From Eledone cirrhosa (lineage: Eukaryota): a stretch of 64,000 bases of DNA. Shown here piece after piece: positions 29,784-43,019 of the stretch; within the stretch, counting starts at the first letter, position 1; each line of letters begins with the position of its first letter. Both the position numbers and the translations under genes were made by a program. The DNA lies in NCBI GenBank assembly GCA_964016885.1, contig OZ024740.1:379254001-379318000 (forward strand). Reading direction: 5' to 3'. Below the pieces are notes generated by a model, which saw nothing but the letters and a program-made list of their open reading frames with translations, searched no databases and was not told where the DNA came from.

Positions 29784-31044
29784 TCTCTTATACTATTATA
29801 TCATCTGCTATTTCCATTCCCCTGCGTATCCTCTGTCTTTCATTATTTCGTTTCCTTTCTTTATTGCTTTTTATCTCTTTCATTAAACTCGAATTAGAGA
29901 CTCGGTGTTCACATTTGCAATTGTATTTGTATTTAAAATATCACTTCTTCAATTTCTCTTTAACTTAAAATTGCATTTTTATTAACGATGTATTCATCAA
30001 TAGTGATTTCATATATGCCAGAGAGTTTGGAGGAGGGAAGGAACAGCCGATTATATCGACCACTACAAGACTGGTAATTAATTTATCAATCCTGAAAGGA
30101 TGAGAGGCATCAATGTAGCCACGGAAATGACTTGCTACAATTACAACGTCTTCTCTACAATTGTCAATTCCGCTGAACTTCAGTATCTAATGTCAATCAT
30201 TTTAAATTCATAATATTAGTAACACCTATTTTCACTTTTCTACCTCTCCTTTTCTCTTTCAGGTATTGTCTTTTCTTTCCCTGTCGCTTTCTATCACTTA
30301 TTCTTTCTAATTTTCTTTTCCTACCACCCTGTATACTGTTTATTGTTGTTTGAAATATTCTGCAACTTGAATTAGGCAATCAGCGTTCATATTTACAATT
30401 CATTTTCGTCTTTTTGTTACTTTGCAATTGAATTTTGATTTAAAGCAACCTTTTCTGTAACAAATTTATGTTTTATTAATGGCATTTTCAATAGTAAACA
30501 TGTCCATAATTTACAATCTCTTTTACTTCCAAAAACACGCGTGATCGAAGGGAAGTTGCTACAGCAAAACTGCAAGCTTGTACTTTGGACAATGTCGCAC
30601 GCAGGTGTCATAAGAATAACAGTAAATAAAATATACATTTATTTATAACAACAGTGATCTATTTTTAATCCTGAGCAACGGCAAATATCCTGCTAGTACA
30701 TACATACATACATACATGATGGCTGCCCCATCGTTATAGAGTAGGGCCATTGTACGATATAACATTATTAATAATTATTAATTAATGCTACCGTGCAAAG
30801 TGAGGAAAGACTGTTCACTGAGCCAATCCCACTCTCTGAGCAACAGTAGCTATAACCCGAAAAGAAGAAAAGATCAACATCATCGGTAACTATTGAGCTA
30901 CAGGTTTTATGTCGGAGTTATTCCATTTCCTGAGTTACCTTCTAGAAGAATGCCCTGAAAGGCTAGGGGTCCTTCACTTCCTACATACATACATACATAC
31001 ATACATACATACATACATACATACATACATACAAACACTATATA

Positions 31045-31078
<34 letters not shown>

Positions 31079-31079
31079 C

Positions 31080-31551
31080 ATGGTGGCTGCCAACTCGTTT
31101 TCGAGTACGGCCACTACTTTATATCCATGTAGGAGAACCCCTACCGATGCGCTGAACGAGTGTGACTTTTTAGTCCAGCCAGCGACTTGAAAACTCTGGT
31201 ACAAACACTACACCTGTGACAATTATTGACACATAGTGCTGGGCCCATGGTACCATGTGACGACACGTGCAAAGAGATCTCCAGATATAAAGCAATGCCT
31301 GCGCCGTGAACCTTTTATAGTGAGCAAAGGCACTGCACAAAGCCAGTCCTACTCTCTTAACTAAGATGATATTTACCAAAAAGAAGAACAAGTCAACATC
31401 ATTCGATACCATCAGGGTTGCAGGTGTTATATCAGAGTTTTCCTTCTCCTAGAATTCTGCCTTGACAAAGGCTAAGGGTCGCCAACGACCCGACCATGAG
31501 ACAGGTTGTACTGGGATACATGTTACCAGTAGCACCAACTGGTGACCTGAC
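31080..31551 (-). mobile_element. Copy 2 of the 19222-19830 element, with ~135-bp internal deletion
   Basis: Same termini (TGGTGGCTGCC / GACCTGACA). Deletion between GGCTAAGGG and TCGCCAAC. Inserted in (TACA)n. Confidence 0.8.
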
Positions 31552-32126
31552 ATCACATACATACATACATACATACATACATACATACATACATACATAC
31601 ATACATACATACATACATACATACATACATGGCGACACCTAACTCAGGCTCAAGTATAGCCATCCCTTGAAATTTTCAAACACGCTTCTGTATGTGTGAG
31701 GCACACTTATGACCTTTTAGGCCAACAACTGTCCTACATTCTCTCGCATGATACAGATGTTACAGATCAAGAATCGATGGCTGGTTGTGATGTACTTTCA
31801 TGTGCAACCTCAGGCCTTCTACTGATCTGCACCAGCTCTTTTTGCTTAGTTCATTTTGTGACTCTTTAAACCATCTTTGCTAGGGCATGCTCTCCCACAC
31901 TCATTGCATGTCAGCTCTCCTTGGTCCTCCACGCTTCCTGGCAATTCCACTTTCAAACACTTTCTCTCATCCCTTTTTAACATTTCATAATTTCTTCGGA
32001 ACAGTTCAAAGTGTACTTTCCCTTTATATATAGCTTCTCTCCACCGAGTTCGAGCATTGGCAACTTGTTCCCTGATGATTTGTAAAGAATGAAACAGTTC
32101 TATTCCTGTAGAATCTCATCTATAGT

Positions 32127-32252
<126 letters not shown>

Positions 32253-32267
32253 CATATATATATATAC

Positions 32268-35200
32268 CACAAACCAAACTTTGAGTCTAACCTGCCGGTC
32301 AGACTGATAGCCCCCTCACAGTCAGACATGCGGGTTATTAGCAAAAGCATTTTAGATAGGATCCTGCCCACACTTAAGAGTAAAATAAGGTTACTCTGGT
32401 TTTGCACCAGCCAGGTGCTGGACTGGTTTACATTTTTACCTGACAAACATAGGACTAGCTTCATACAACAAGACATCAACAATTACTACTCCTCTGTCTC
32501 GCCCATAGTCCTGAACAAGGCACTCATATTCGCGATGAATAGGACAGACCTAACGCGCGATGAGGTCCGAATCATATACGCCGCCAGAAAGACCCGGATC
32601 CGATTCGGTGGGGACATATGAACCCGGAGTGACTGGCCAAATCATTTTGACATTACAATGGGCTTCAGTGACTCCGCACAGCTAACGAACCTGGTTGGGA
32701 TATACATACTCTACGAGATCAGGAGCGAATTACCCAAACTGGGTGGCGGACTGTACCGAGACGATGCACTCTTCACCGTCGTGGACCACAGCACCACAAT
32801 GGTCGAAAATATGAAGAGGAGAATTAGACACTTCTTTAGCAAGGTAGAGATGGAACCCAATAGAAAAGTAGTGAATTTTCTGGACACCACCCTCAACCTC
32901 AACACGAAGCTAAATCACCCATATCATAAACCCAATGAGAAGCTGGTGTATATCGACGCTGGGTACAATCACCCTAGATCTATAGTTAAGGCCGTAGTTA
33001 AGAGTGTCTCTGACAGGATCTCTAACTTGTCTGCCAATAAAGAGATCTTCAATAGTAATGCTGATTACTATAACTCGGCGTTAGCTAAGGCGTCCCACAG
33101 CCATATGATCAGCTATAACCATAAGGGACATGATCGAGATGACCCAAGGGTACCCCGGGCCAATACCCTCAGGGGCATGAGTCGTCCATCTAATACCTCG
33201 GTGACCAGTAGTAACACTCCCAGACCCCTATCCGTCATCATCCCCGGTAGAAGGTCTCGCATACCCCACCGGTCTAATACCTACAACGCTGAAGACCACT
33301 GCGGTGCGGAGAATAGGCACCCCTGCACCGGCCCCACCACTCGCCGAACCCCCATTGAGCAGGGAGGCCGCACCGCGCAGGTTTATAGCCCCAGAGTGGG
33401 CCCACCTAACCCTCATGATAGTGACCGCTCCACACACCTGAGTGACACCAACCGAGCTCGACCTGAGCTGTGCACAACCCCGCGATGGACCACGACGGAC
33501 ACCCAACAACCCCGCAAGAATAGGACCAGGAAGGTCACATGGTATAACCCCCCGTACTCGGTGGGTCTACGTACATGCTTGGCTAGAACATTCTTTAGAG
33601 TACTGGATAAATGTCTCCCTAGGACCCACAAGTACCATAAAATATTCAACAGGCACACGGTGAAAATTTCCTACTCAACCACACGTTCCGTATCCCAGCA
33701 CATAGCCGGCATAAATAGGAATAGGCTCACTGCCTCTAATACCACCGTAAACCCCGGCGACACCCAACGGAACCAGCACGCGGGACGCACCAGACCCCGG
33801 ACAGGCCCAACTAGCACAGCGGAACCCAATGACCCTGTGCTGATTGCAGCGGCTACCCAGCCAACCTCGAGTGATGGTAACACTCGAGATACTTCATGGA
33901 GGAACCAAGCTATTAAACAGAAGGGCCGACTTATTCGGCGCCTGCAGACACCTAAGGACGGGAACTTTCCTCAAACTATATGGATAAACCCCGGTTATGA
34001 CCTCCCACAACCCCTCACCCCCCGTAGGTCCCCTACACCCCGTACTAATGACCAATGGGCAACAACACCCACCCATAATTTGTAGTACCTACGGTGGATT
34101 GTCCACCGGATCCTCTACTGGTTAGGAGTCAGCAAAACCACGTTTATTGAACCTGAGGACCTCCCCCCCCCCCCCGGGAGTGGCCCACACAGGAAGAACA
34201 TTATCCTAAGGTACTAACCCTATACGCATGAATGAGCGCCCACAACCGTGTGTTGTGTGTGTATACTGGGATTCCGTGAATGTACACACTCATGTGATCG
34301 CAACGAAATACTAATATACCCCAGGTTGCATTTGAAAAATGTACGAGTATATTTGTATATGCTCTCTTGTATGAGTGCACATGTGTATATAGACATACAC
34401 ACGCATCCAGAGGTATAAAAGTGTGGGTGAGTATATATGTCTGTACTAAGGGATTCGCCTAAGCTCCAAAGCCCCCAAGCTATTGCTGTGAAGATATATA
34501 TCACACTCTACTTTTGTCTAGTCTAAACAATAACTTTTCCAAACACCCACTTTACTTTTCTTTAAAAATAACACCCACCTCGTTTTATGTCTGCCTTATA
34601 CTTGGATTCGGGGGCCTCTGCTGTATATATGTATGCACTTGTGCGTACATACATATATATACACACCTGTATGGATTTGTGTGTGTAGATGTGTGTGTGT
34701 GCGTCGGTGGGGGTAGGTGTGAGTGTATGTACAAGTCAACCAACATAAGTATTTTTATTTGTAAACTTTCTAAGTATTTGACTCTAACCATAAGTTGCAG
34801 TATTACAACCCCACATAAATTCCTCAATTTGTGTGGGTGGATGTGTGTGTCTGTGGGGGTGGGTGTGAGTGTATGTGCAAGTCAACCAACATAAGTCTTC
34901 TTATGTGTAAATTTTTTAGTATTCTACTCTAACCATAATTTTCAGTAGTACTACCCCACATAAATTCCTCAATTTAAGAATGACCTGTAGTTTCGAATTT
35001 CATACTATAAACCTCAATTGAACATATATCTGACCAGGAAAGCTTTTTGTGAAAAACAGTCATATGGAACTATTGTCATCTTGCATGACGGTTTGAACTT
35101 TACAACGCCACCTGCCTCTTTGAGGTCAAATACCAACCCTACTAGCATCTACAAACTGACCAATGAGAATTAAGATTATTCCTGCTGACATTAAATTATC

Positions 35201-35368
35201 CCTAACGAGCTCATATGTCCCAAGGCTCTGATACCATCAATACCATAAACACAGAGCTGGCATATCTAAGAACTGACTAACTGCCTGATGAGATCATAGC
35301 CATTCAATGGCTATCATCGAAATATATATAGCAGTAAGTAAAGGATTATGAGTTCATGTTTCGTCACT
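32268..35368 (+). mobile_element. Penelope-like element, Naiad-type, 5'-truncated, endonuclease core deleted
   Basis: [60 protein letters not shown]. 32328-32621 and 32658-34085 are in frame across one TGA. C-terminal LLNRRADLFGACRH survives in another frame (33883-33987). Hammerhead at 35280-35335. Confidence 0.9.
35280..35335 (+). ncRNA. Minimal type I hammerhead ribozyme in PLE pLTR
   Basis: actgc-CTGATGA-gat.atagccatt(c)aatggctat.atc-GAAA-tatata-TA-gcagt; palindromic stem III. Confidence 0.8.
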
Positions 35369-35461
35369 ATATATATTAAAATAACAGATTAAAGTTTAAG
35401 TAGAGAATCGCTGCTTTTACCCTTAACGGGATCTTCTGAAACTTATTATTATTATTATTGT

Positions 35462-37520
35462 TGTTATTCCTTGAATCTCAGTCATTGATGTTGGTTAACT
35501 GGAAAGTCCGTTGGATTGAATATCAAGCCACTACCTGCAGCCTCAGATATTCAGGACGTATCGGAGGGTTCTTGCTGTTCCAAGCAAGCATGCCTTTTGA
35601 AGCGTTCCAAAAAGCGTGAAGGGGCCGATTTTCTTTAACCATCCCTGGAAACTTTTGGAGATAGTCCCCAGTGCGCCTATGACAATCGGGATCACTTTGA
35701 CTTCATGGCAGTTCCAAATCCTTTTCACCTCCCACTTTAGGTCCTGGTATCGGTAAATTTTCTCCCTCTCCTTCTCTTGCACTCTCGTGTCGAACGGGCA
35801 GGCCACATCCACAATCAGACACGATCTTTTTTCTTTGTCCACAACCACCAGGTCAGGTCTATTGTGTTCCAGTTTTTTGTCCGTCTGTATCCTAAAATCC
35901 CACAGCACCTTCACCTGATTGTTCTCCATCACCGCCTCTGGCCTATGCTCATACCATTTCTCAGAATGTGGTAAATTGTTTACTTTGCACAGGTGCCAGT
36001 GGATCACCCTGCCCATCACATCGTGTCTCCAGCCCTTATAGTGGGTCTGGGCTAGGTGTTTACACTCGGACACAATGTGAGCCACAGTCTCCTCTCTCTC
36101 TCCACAGATACTGCACAGTGGGCTAGCCTCCTCCTTGTAAATATGGTGCTTCAACCACTTCGTTTTGAGGGCCTGCTCCTTCGCAGCCATTAGCATTCCT
36201 TCTGTAGCCTTTTTGAGGTCTCCTCTTCTCAACCAGTTCCATGTCTGTGGATCTCTAAATTCAGTTTTCTCAAAGAAGGTACTATGAAGGGATTTTCCCT
36301 TAAGGCTGCTCTTCCTCCTTGATGTTATTTCCTCCTTGGACATCCCCTGGCCTACTGTCCCCGCCTTCAGTACAGCTCTGAGCATTGGCTCCTTACTATA
36401 GGTCACGTATTTGTATAGGTTGTTTTTCTCCATCTGAACACAGTCCTCTATGCTGATAAGACCTCTTCCACCCTCAGATCTCCTTAGGTAGAGTCTATCG
36501 ACATCACTCCTCTTGTGGAACATGTTGTAGATAGTCAATAGCTTCCTAGTCTTCCTATCCATTTCTTTTTGTTCAGCAACATTCCATCTCAGAATTCCCG
36601 CACTGTACCTAATAATAGACACAGCTCGGGAATTTACTGCGCTTATGGCATTTCTGCTGTTCAGATGTGACTTCAATACGCTCCTTACTCTCCGAATGTA
36701 TTCAGTTTTTAACAATTCCTTCATTTTTTTGTTCTTTATGCCATCAGCCTCCAGAACGCCCAAATACTTGTATCCTTCCTCAGAGTCAATTTCCTTTATC
36801 ATCTCACCTGTTGGTATCTGGATCCCGTTACTTCTGCTCAACCTACCCCTCCTCATCACAATGACTCCACATTTACCAATACCAAACTGCATACATATAT
36901 CACTGCTGAAAATACGGACAGTGTCAACAAGCACATCCAACTCCTTCTCACTTTTCCCGAAGAGCTTAAGATCGTCCATGAAGAGGAGGTGATTGATGGT
37001 AAGCTCTCCCTTTCCCAACTTGTATCCTGCTCTCACTTTTCGCAGCATGATGGTCAAGGGCATCAGGGCAAGGACAAACAACAGAGGGGACAGGCTATCT
37101 CCCTGGAATATACCTCTCTTGATCCTCACGCTTCCCAAGGATACTCCAGTTGATGTCAACTCTGTCTCCCAGGACCCCATACTCCTGCCCAGCAACTCTC
37201 TGATGTTATCTGCCACCCTGAAGATCTCCAGGCTTTTGGTGATCCAAGAATGAGGCACCATGTCAAATGCCTTTCTGTAGTCTATCCATCCCATGGCAAG
37301 ATCAGTGTGTCTCCTCCTGCAATTCCCCATTACCATCTTATCAATAAGTAACTGGTCCTTTGTACCACGTGACTTCTTTCGGCATCCTTTCTGTTCGTCC
37401 GGTAACAAGTTGTTTGTGTGGAGGTGATGGTAGATTTCCTCAGACACAATGCTCGTCAACAGTTTCCACATTACGGACAGACATGTGATAGGTCTATAGT
37501 TGGTAACATCATTACCCTTG

Positions 37521-37521
<1 letters not shown>
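35462..37521 (-). mobile_element. R4/Dong-clade RLE non-LTR retrotransposon, 5'-truncated copy A with uninterrupted RT+CCHC+RLE frame
   Basis: [75 protein letters not shown]; stop 35543. 3' end runs into (AAT)n. Confidence 0.9.
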
Positions 37522-37598
<77 letters not shown>

Positions 37599-37604
37599 GT
37601 TATT
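37522..37604. repeat. (TTA/TAA)n target microsatellite between the two Dong copies
   Basis: Directly visible. Confidence 0.9.
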
Positions 37605-40600
37605 ACTCTTTGAGTCTCAGTCATTGATGTTAGTTAACTGGAAAGTTTGTTGAAATGAATATCAAGCCACTACCTGCAGCCTCAGATATTCAGGACGTAT
37701 CGGAGGGTTCTTGCTGTTCCCAGCAAGCATGCCTTTTGAAGCGTTCCAAAAAGTGTGAAAGGGCCAATTTTCTTTAACCATCCCTGGAAACTTTTTAAGA
37801 TAGTCCCTAGTGCGCCTATGACAATCGGGATCACTTTGACTTCATGGCAGTTCCAAATCCTTTTTACCGCCCACTTTAAGTCCTGGTATCGGTTAATTTT
37901 TCTCCTTCTCCTTCTCTTGCACTCTCGTGTCGAATGGGCAGGCCACATCCACAATCAGGCGCGATCTTTTTTCTTTGTCCAAAACCACCAGGTCAGGTCT
38001 ATTGTGTTCCAGTTTCCTGTCCGTCTGTATCCTAAAATCCCACAGCACCTTCACCTGATCGTTTTCCATCACCGCCTCTGGCTTATGCTCATACCACTTC
38101 TCAGAATGTGGTAAATTGCTTACTTTGCATAGGTGCCAGTGGATCACCCTGCCCATCACATCATGTCTCCAGCCCTTATAGTGAGTCTTGGCTAGGTGTT
38201 TACACTCGGATACAATGTGAGCCACAGTCTCCTCTCTCTCTCCACAGATCCTGCACAGTGGGCTAGCCTCCTCCTTGTAAATGTGGTGTTTCAACCACTT
38301 CGTTTTGAGGGCCTGCTCCTGCGCAGCCATTGACACTCCTTCTGTAGCCTTTTTAAGGTCTCCTCTTTTCAACCAGTTCCATGTCTGTGGATCTCTAAAT
38401 TCAGTTTTCTCAAAGAAGGTACTATGAAGGGATTTTTCCTGAAGGTTGCTCTTTCTCCTTGATGTTATTTCCTCCTTGGACATCCCCTGGCCTATTGTCC
38501 CCTCCTTCAGTACAGTTCTGAGCATTGGCTCCTTACTATAGGTCACGTATTTGTGTAGGTTGTTTTTCTCCATCTGAACACAGTCCTCTATGCTGATAAG
38601 ACCTCTTCCACCCTCAGATCTCCTTAAGTAGAGTCCATCGACATCACTCCTCTTGTGGAACATGTTGTAGATAGTCAATAGCTTCCTAGTCTTCTTATCC
38701 ATTTCTTTTTGTTCAGCAACATTCCATCTCAGAATTCCCGCACTGTACCTAATAATAGACACAGCTCGGGAATTGACTGCACTTATGGCATTCCTACTGT
38801 TCAGATGTGACTTTAATACGCTCCTTACTCTCCGAAGGTATTCAGTTCTTATCAATTCCTTCATTTTTTTTGTTCTTGATGTCATCAGCCTCCAGAACGC
38901 CCAAATACTTGTATCCTTCCTCAGAGTCAATTTCTTTTATCATTTCACCTGTTGGTATCTGGAATCCGTTACTTCTGCTCACTTACCCCTCCTCATCACA
39001 ATGACTCCACACTTACTAATACCAAATTGCATACATATATCATTGGTGAAAATACGGACAGTGTCAACAAGCACATCCAACTCCTTCTCACCCTTCCCGA
39101 AGAGCTTAAGATCGTCCATGAAGAGGAGGTGATTGATGGTAAGCCCTCCCTTTCCCAACCTGTATCCTGCTCTCACTTTTCGCAGTACACTGGTCAGGGG
39201 CATCAGGGCAAGGACAAACAACAGAGGGGACATACTATCTCCCTGGAAGATACCTCTCTTGATCTTCACGCTTCCCAAGGATTCTCCAGTTGATGTTAAC
39301 TCTGTTTCCCAGGAGTTCATACTTTTTCCCAACAACTGCCTGATGTTATCTGCCACCTTGAAGATCTCCAGGCTTTTGGTGATCCAAGAATGAGGCACCA
39401 TGCCAAATACCTTTTTGTAGTCTATCCATCCCATGGCAAGACCAGTGTGTCTCCTCTTGCAATTCCTCATTACCATCTTATCAATAAGTAACTGGTCCTT
39501 TGTACCACGTGACTTCTTTCGGCATCCTTTCTGTTCGTCCGGTAACAAGTTGTTTGTGTGGAGGTGATGGTAGATTTCCTCAGACATAATGCTTGTCAAC
39601 ATTTTCCACATTACGGACAGACATGTGATAGGTCTATAGTTGGTAACATCATTACCCTTGATTCGGTCTTTCATTATCAGAACTGTGGTACCTTTTGTCA
39701 ACCACTCTGGTACCTCACCTGACATCAAGCAGTCATTGAACATGGTTGTCAGTTTCGGGTGGAGGGGTGTTATGTTTTTAATCCAATATCCCTGCACACC
39801 ATCTGGGCCAGGTGATTTCCAGTTGGTTAGTTTTTTTGGCCTGCCCCTTAAGAGTTTCAACTGTGATACTCAAATCAGTTTGTTGGCGTGCCTGTTCACT
39901 GATCTCCTTCTGTACTGTCTCAATCCACACTGCCTGGTCATTATGTTTAACATCCTGCTCCCATATTCCTCTCCAGAATGTTTTAGTTTGTTCCGCCTCA
40001 GGGATCAAGTCGTTGCCTCTTTCTTTCCCTTCAAGCTGTCCAAACAGCATCTTCTGGTTGTTGTCGAACATGCGGTTCTGTCTATACTGGCTGACTCTGT
40101 TCTCGTATCGCCTGATTTTTGCACTCTTTGCTACAATGCGTTGCTTCAGTTCCTCTATGATAATATTTAGCTTTTTCCTCCTAGTTTTGTACTTTATTTC
40201 CAGTCTATGTTTAGTGTCTATGTTTTTTAGTGTCCCATTCAGTAGGGACTCAAGCTTTCCAATGTCATTTCTCATTTCCCTGATTTGACCACTCAGTCGT
40301 TTCTTCCACCAAGGCTCTGCTCTTTCTTGTCTGTTGTTTCCTCTCGCTTTTATACCAAGTAGTTTCCTCGCCGTATTTGCTGTTGCTTTGAGGATATAGT
40401 TGCACTGGTGAAGGCTCCTCGCCTCAAGGTATGGGATGACTTTGTTTACCTTAGCTGTTGTTTCTTTTAACTTTTTCCTGTCTACAAATCTTAGGTTCTC
40501 CCACTATCATTGTTCAATTCATCTACCACTAAGTTTAGGATATCTACCAAATCTTGTCCCAGCCCGTCAGCATTCATCTCCTCAGTGGCCGTATCTCTGT

Positions 40601-41225
40601 TCCAGGTATTATTTATCTCAGCATTCAGATCATTGTCTGTTTCGGGTGGTTCCTCCGTTCTCTCGACCTCTTCACCTTCATTTCCCACTGGCTCGTTTGC
40701 CTGGCATACTCCACCCCCCATCTCCAAGCTAATCTCTCTGCCCAGTTCCTCCAGTTCCAGCTCGCTTATCCACCCATTAGTTCTTATTACCCGAGCCTGC
40801 CCGGCCAGTTTTTGTTCATCTAATTTAAATGGACCAATCTCGTTCCAGATGTTATGCATCCTTTTCCTATAGCCTTTCTCCTTGGGGTTACTCTTCAGGT
40901 AACATTGCATAACAGTTCTATTCAATTCTTTCGTCCAGTTGGTTCTGGTCCCTTTCCATCTTCTTCTTCCTCCGACACCAGCAGTATTTGGTTGACAGCC
41001 AGGTCCCTGCTGCTGAGCCAGGGAGCACCTGTTGGGTGAGAGTCTGTCACATGACATTCTAGTCTCCATTTCACTGTTATTCGAACTGTTTAGGTTCGAC
41101 ATTTAAACATTCTTATCGAGGATTGGCGAATGTATGGTTACATAACCACCGGTGAATTACTTGTCTCCGGTGGTTTCGTCACTCCACGTGACTTTTGTGT
41201 GGCATTATCACGCTGTAGACGAACC
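37605..41225 (-). mobile_element. R4/Dong-clade element, apparently full-length copy B with several frameshifts
   Basis: ATG 41102; pieces 40491-41102, 39778-40275, 38979-39860, 37893-38930, 37682-37954. Motifs [30 protein letters not shown]. Clearly similar but not identical to copy A; 5' boundary approximate. Confidence 0.9.
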
Positions 41226-42267
41226 CAACCAAACAAACAAACAGGCAGAAAAACCCCCAAAAATGAATAAGCATAAGTTTCATTGTAATGTAGTGTTTGA
41301 ATGTCTGACTTAGTTTTTCCCTTCCCTTCTCTGTCCGTCCGTTTGTTTTTCTCTTCATTTTTATTTCCTTTACGTTTTTCGTTGTTGCTGTGCTGCTTTG
41401 ATTTTTATTTTTTTATTTTTTTTATTTTGACCGGGTCATCAATTCAGTTTATTTATATATTTTGATGTTTTTCTCTTTTAGTGGGAATTCTACAATGTAG
41501 CAGGGGATAGCGGGAGAGAATAGCGGCGGTAGTGATGTTGAGGCAGCGGCGGCGGTGGTGGTGGCGGTGCTGTGCTAGCAGCAACTAGCAGGAGGTAGTG
41601 GGAGAGAATAGCGGCGTTAGCGATAGTGAGGCAGCGGTGGTGGTGATGTGGTCGTATTACTGTAGTGATGGTGGTGAAGTTGGAGTAGAAATTTGAGTCG
41701 ACTTGACCAGAGTTTTCATCGTTGTAGTGGTGGTGGTATTGGTGGTGAAATTATCTTTAGTGAAATTATCGTTAGTCGCGTATATGTGTTGACATTTACC
41801 CATAATATTGGAATTAAACATTTTGTTAAAACTAAAACTTGAGGCAATAGTAATAGTAATTATTATTATTATGCTGAGATTGGTGGTGGTGGTGGTGAAA
41901 TTGCCGTTATCGGGCTGTTGTGCTTAGTGTACACAGAGGGGTGATGGGGTAGGTGGTATATCTAGTTTGTGATGTTGGTGAAATTGCTGTTATTTGGCTG
42001 TTCTATGTAGTGTAGACAGAGGGGCTTTCTTCCATTTATAACCATTTTCTTTTTGAATATAAAATGTATAATACAAAATTGAATATTTGAGCGATATAAC
42101 AATATATTGTGGATCCGAAATTTTTGGGACTCAAGCTGGATGTTTTATGCAACATTTGTACTAAGAATTGTTATTTCACAATTGATTTAAATATGTTAAA
42201 AAATCAAAACTTACGGGAGCGATTTCTCGACCTTCTATCCACCATGTGTGTCTTCTTCCCATTATTA

Positions 42268-42386
<119 letters not shown>

Positions 42387-42545
42387 CATAAATCTTTAGT
42401 ATATTTTGGTTGTTTACCGACACCTCACTATGCAGGTTGGAGCCCTCAACGAAGTAGGCAGGTTAGTTTGTTTACTCCGGAGTAATGTAAAATAATTAAG
42501 TCAAATATGCAAAATTTGGCTTCGTTTATTATAAATTATAAATTT

Positions 42546-42600
42546 ACTGCTATATATATTTCGGTGACAGCCATCATTGGCTGTGACGTCTTCAGGAAGT
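42546..42600 (-). ncRNA. Hammerhead ribozyme in a solo PLE pLTR (relative of 35280-35335)
   Basis: acttc-CTGAAGA-cgtc.acagcca(atga)tggctgt.cacc-GAAA-tatata-TA-gcagt; compensatory stem II changes relative to the 35280 copy. Confidence 0.7.
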
Positions 42601-42719
42601 CCGAATTTGTGTGGAAAAGACAGGTACACATGTTGTTGAAGTGTGTTTTACTCCGTCAATACATCAATATGTCCAGTTCCTGGGTGTGTTGTTAATCCTC
42701 TGAGGAACTGGAATCGTTC

Positions 42720-42804
<85 letters not shown>

Positions 42805-43019
42805 TATATATGTGTGTGAATGTATGTACATATATATGTATGTGTGTGTGTATATGTACATATATATCTATATCTATGTGTGTGTGCACACAGACGATCA
42901 TAAAACGGTCAAAATGAACTGAATGACTACTCAATACATATCAGTAGAGTATACGTCTTATTTTTTGAAGACAAAGGTGGCAGTAACTTCTATGTTTTAA
43001 TGATTTTTGCCTGTTCAGA

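Noticed and set aside
32619-32621. In-frame TGA as selenocysteine (known in some Naiad PLEs)
   Set aside because: It aligns with Trp in the paralog (DQLWTRK vs GDI*TRS), so TGG>TGA; the Cys motifs of the 2655-5905 element use TGT/TGC.
37522-37624. Poly-Ile N-terminus of the 693-aa ORF
   Set aside because: Chance read-through of the (ATA)n target and the upstream copy's 3' UTR into a truncated copy.
41140-41200. Hammerhead in the Dong 5' UTR
   Set aside because: Stem-GAAA-stem is present but there is no CUGANGA upstream.
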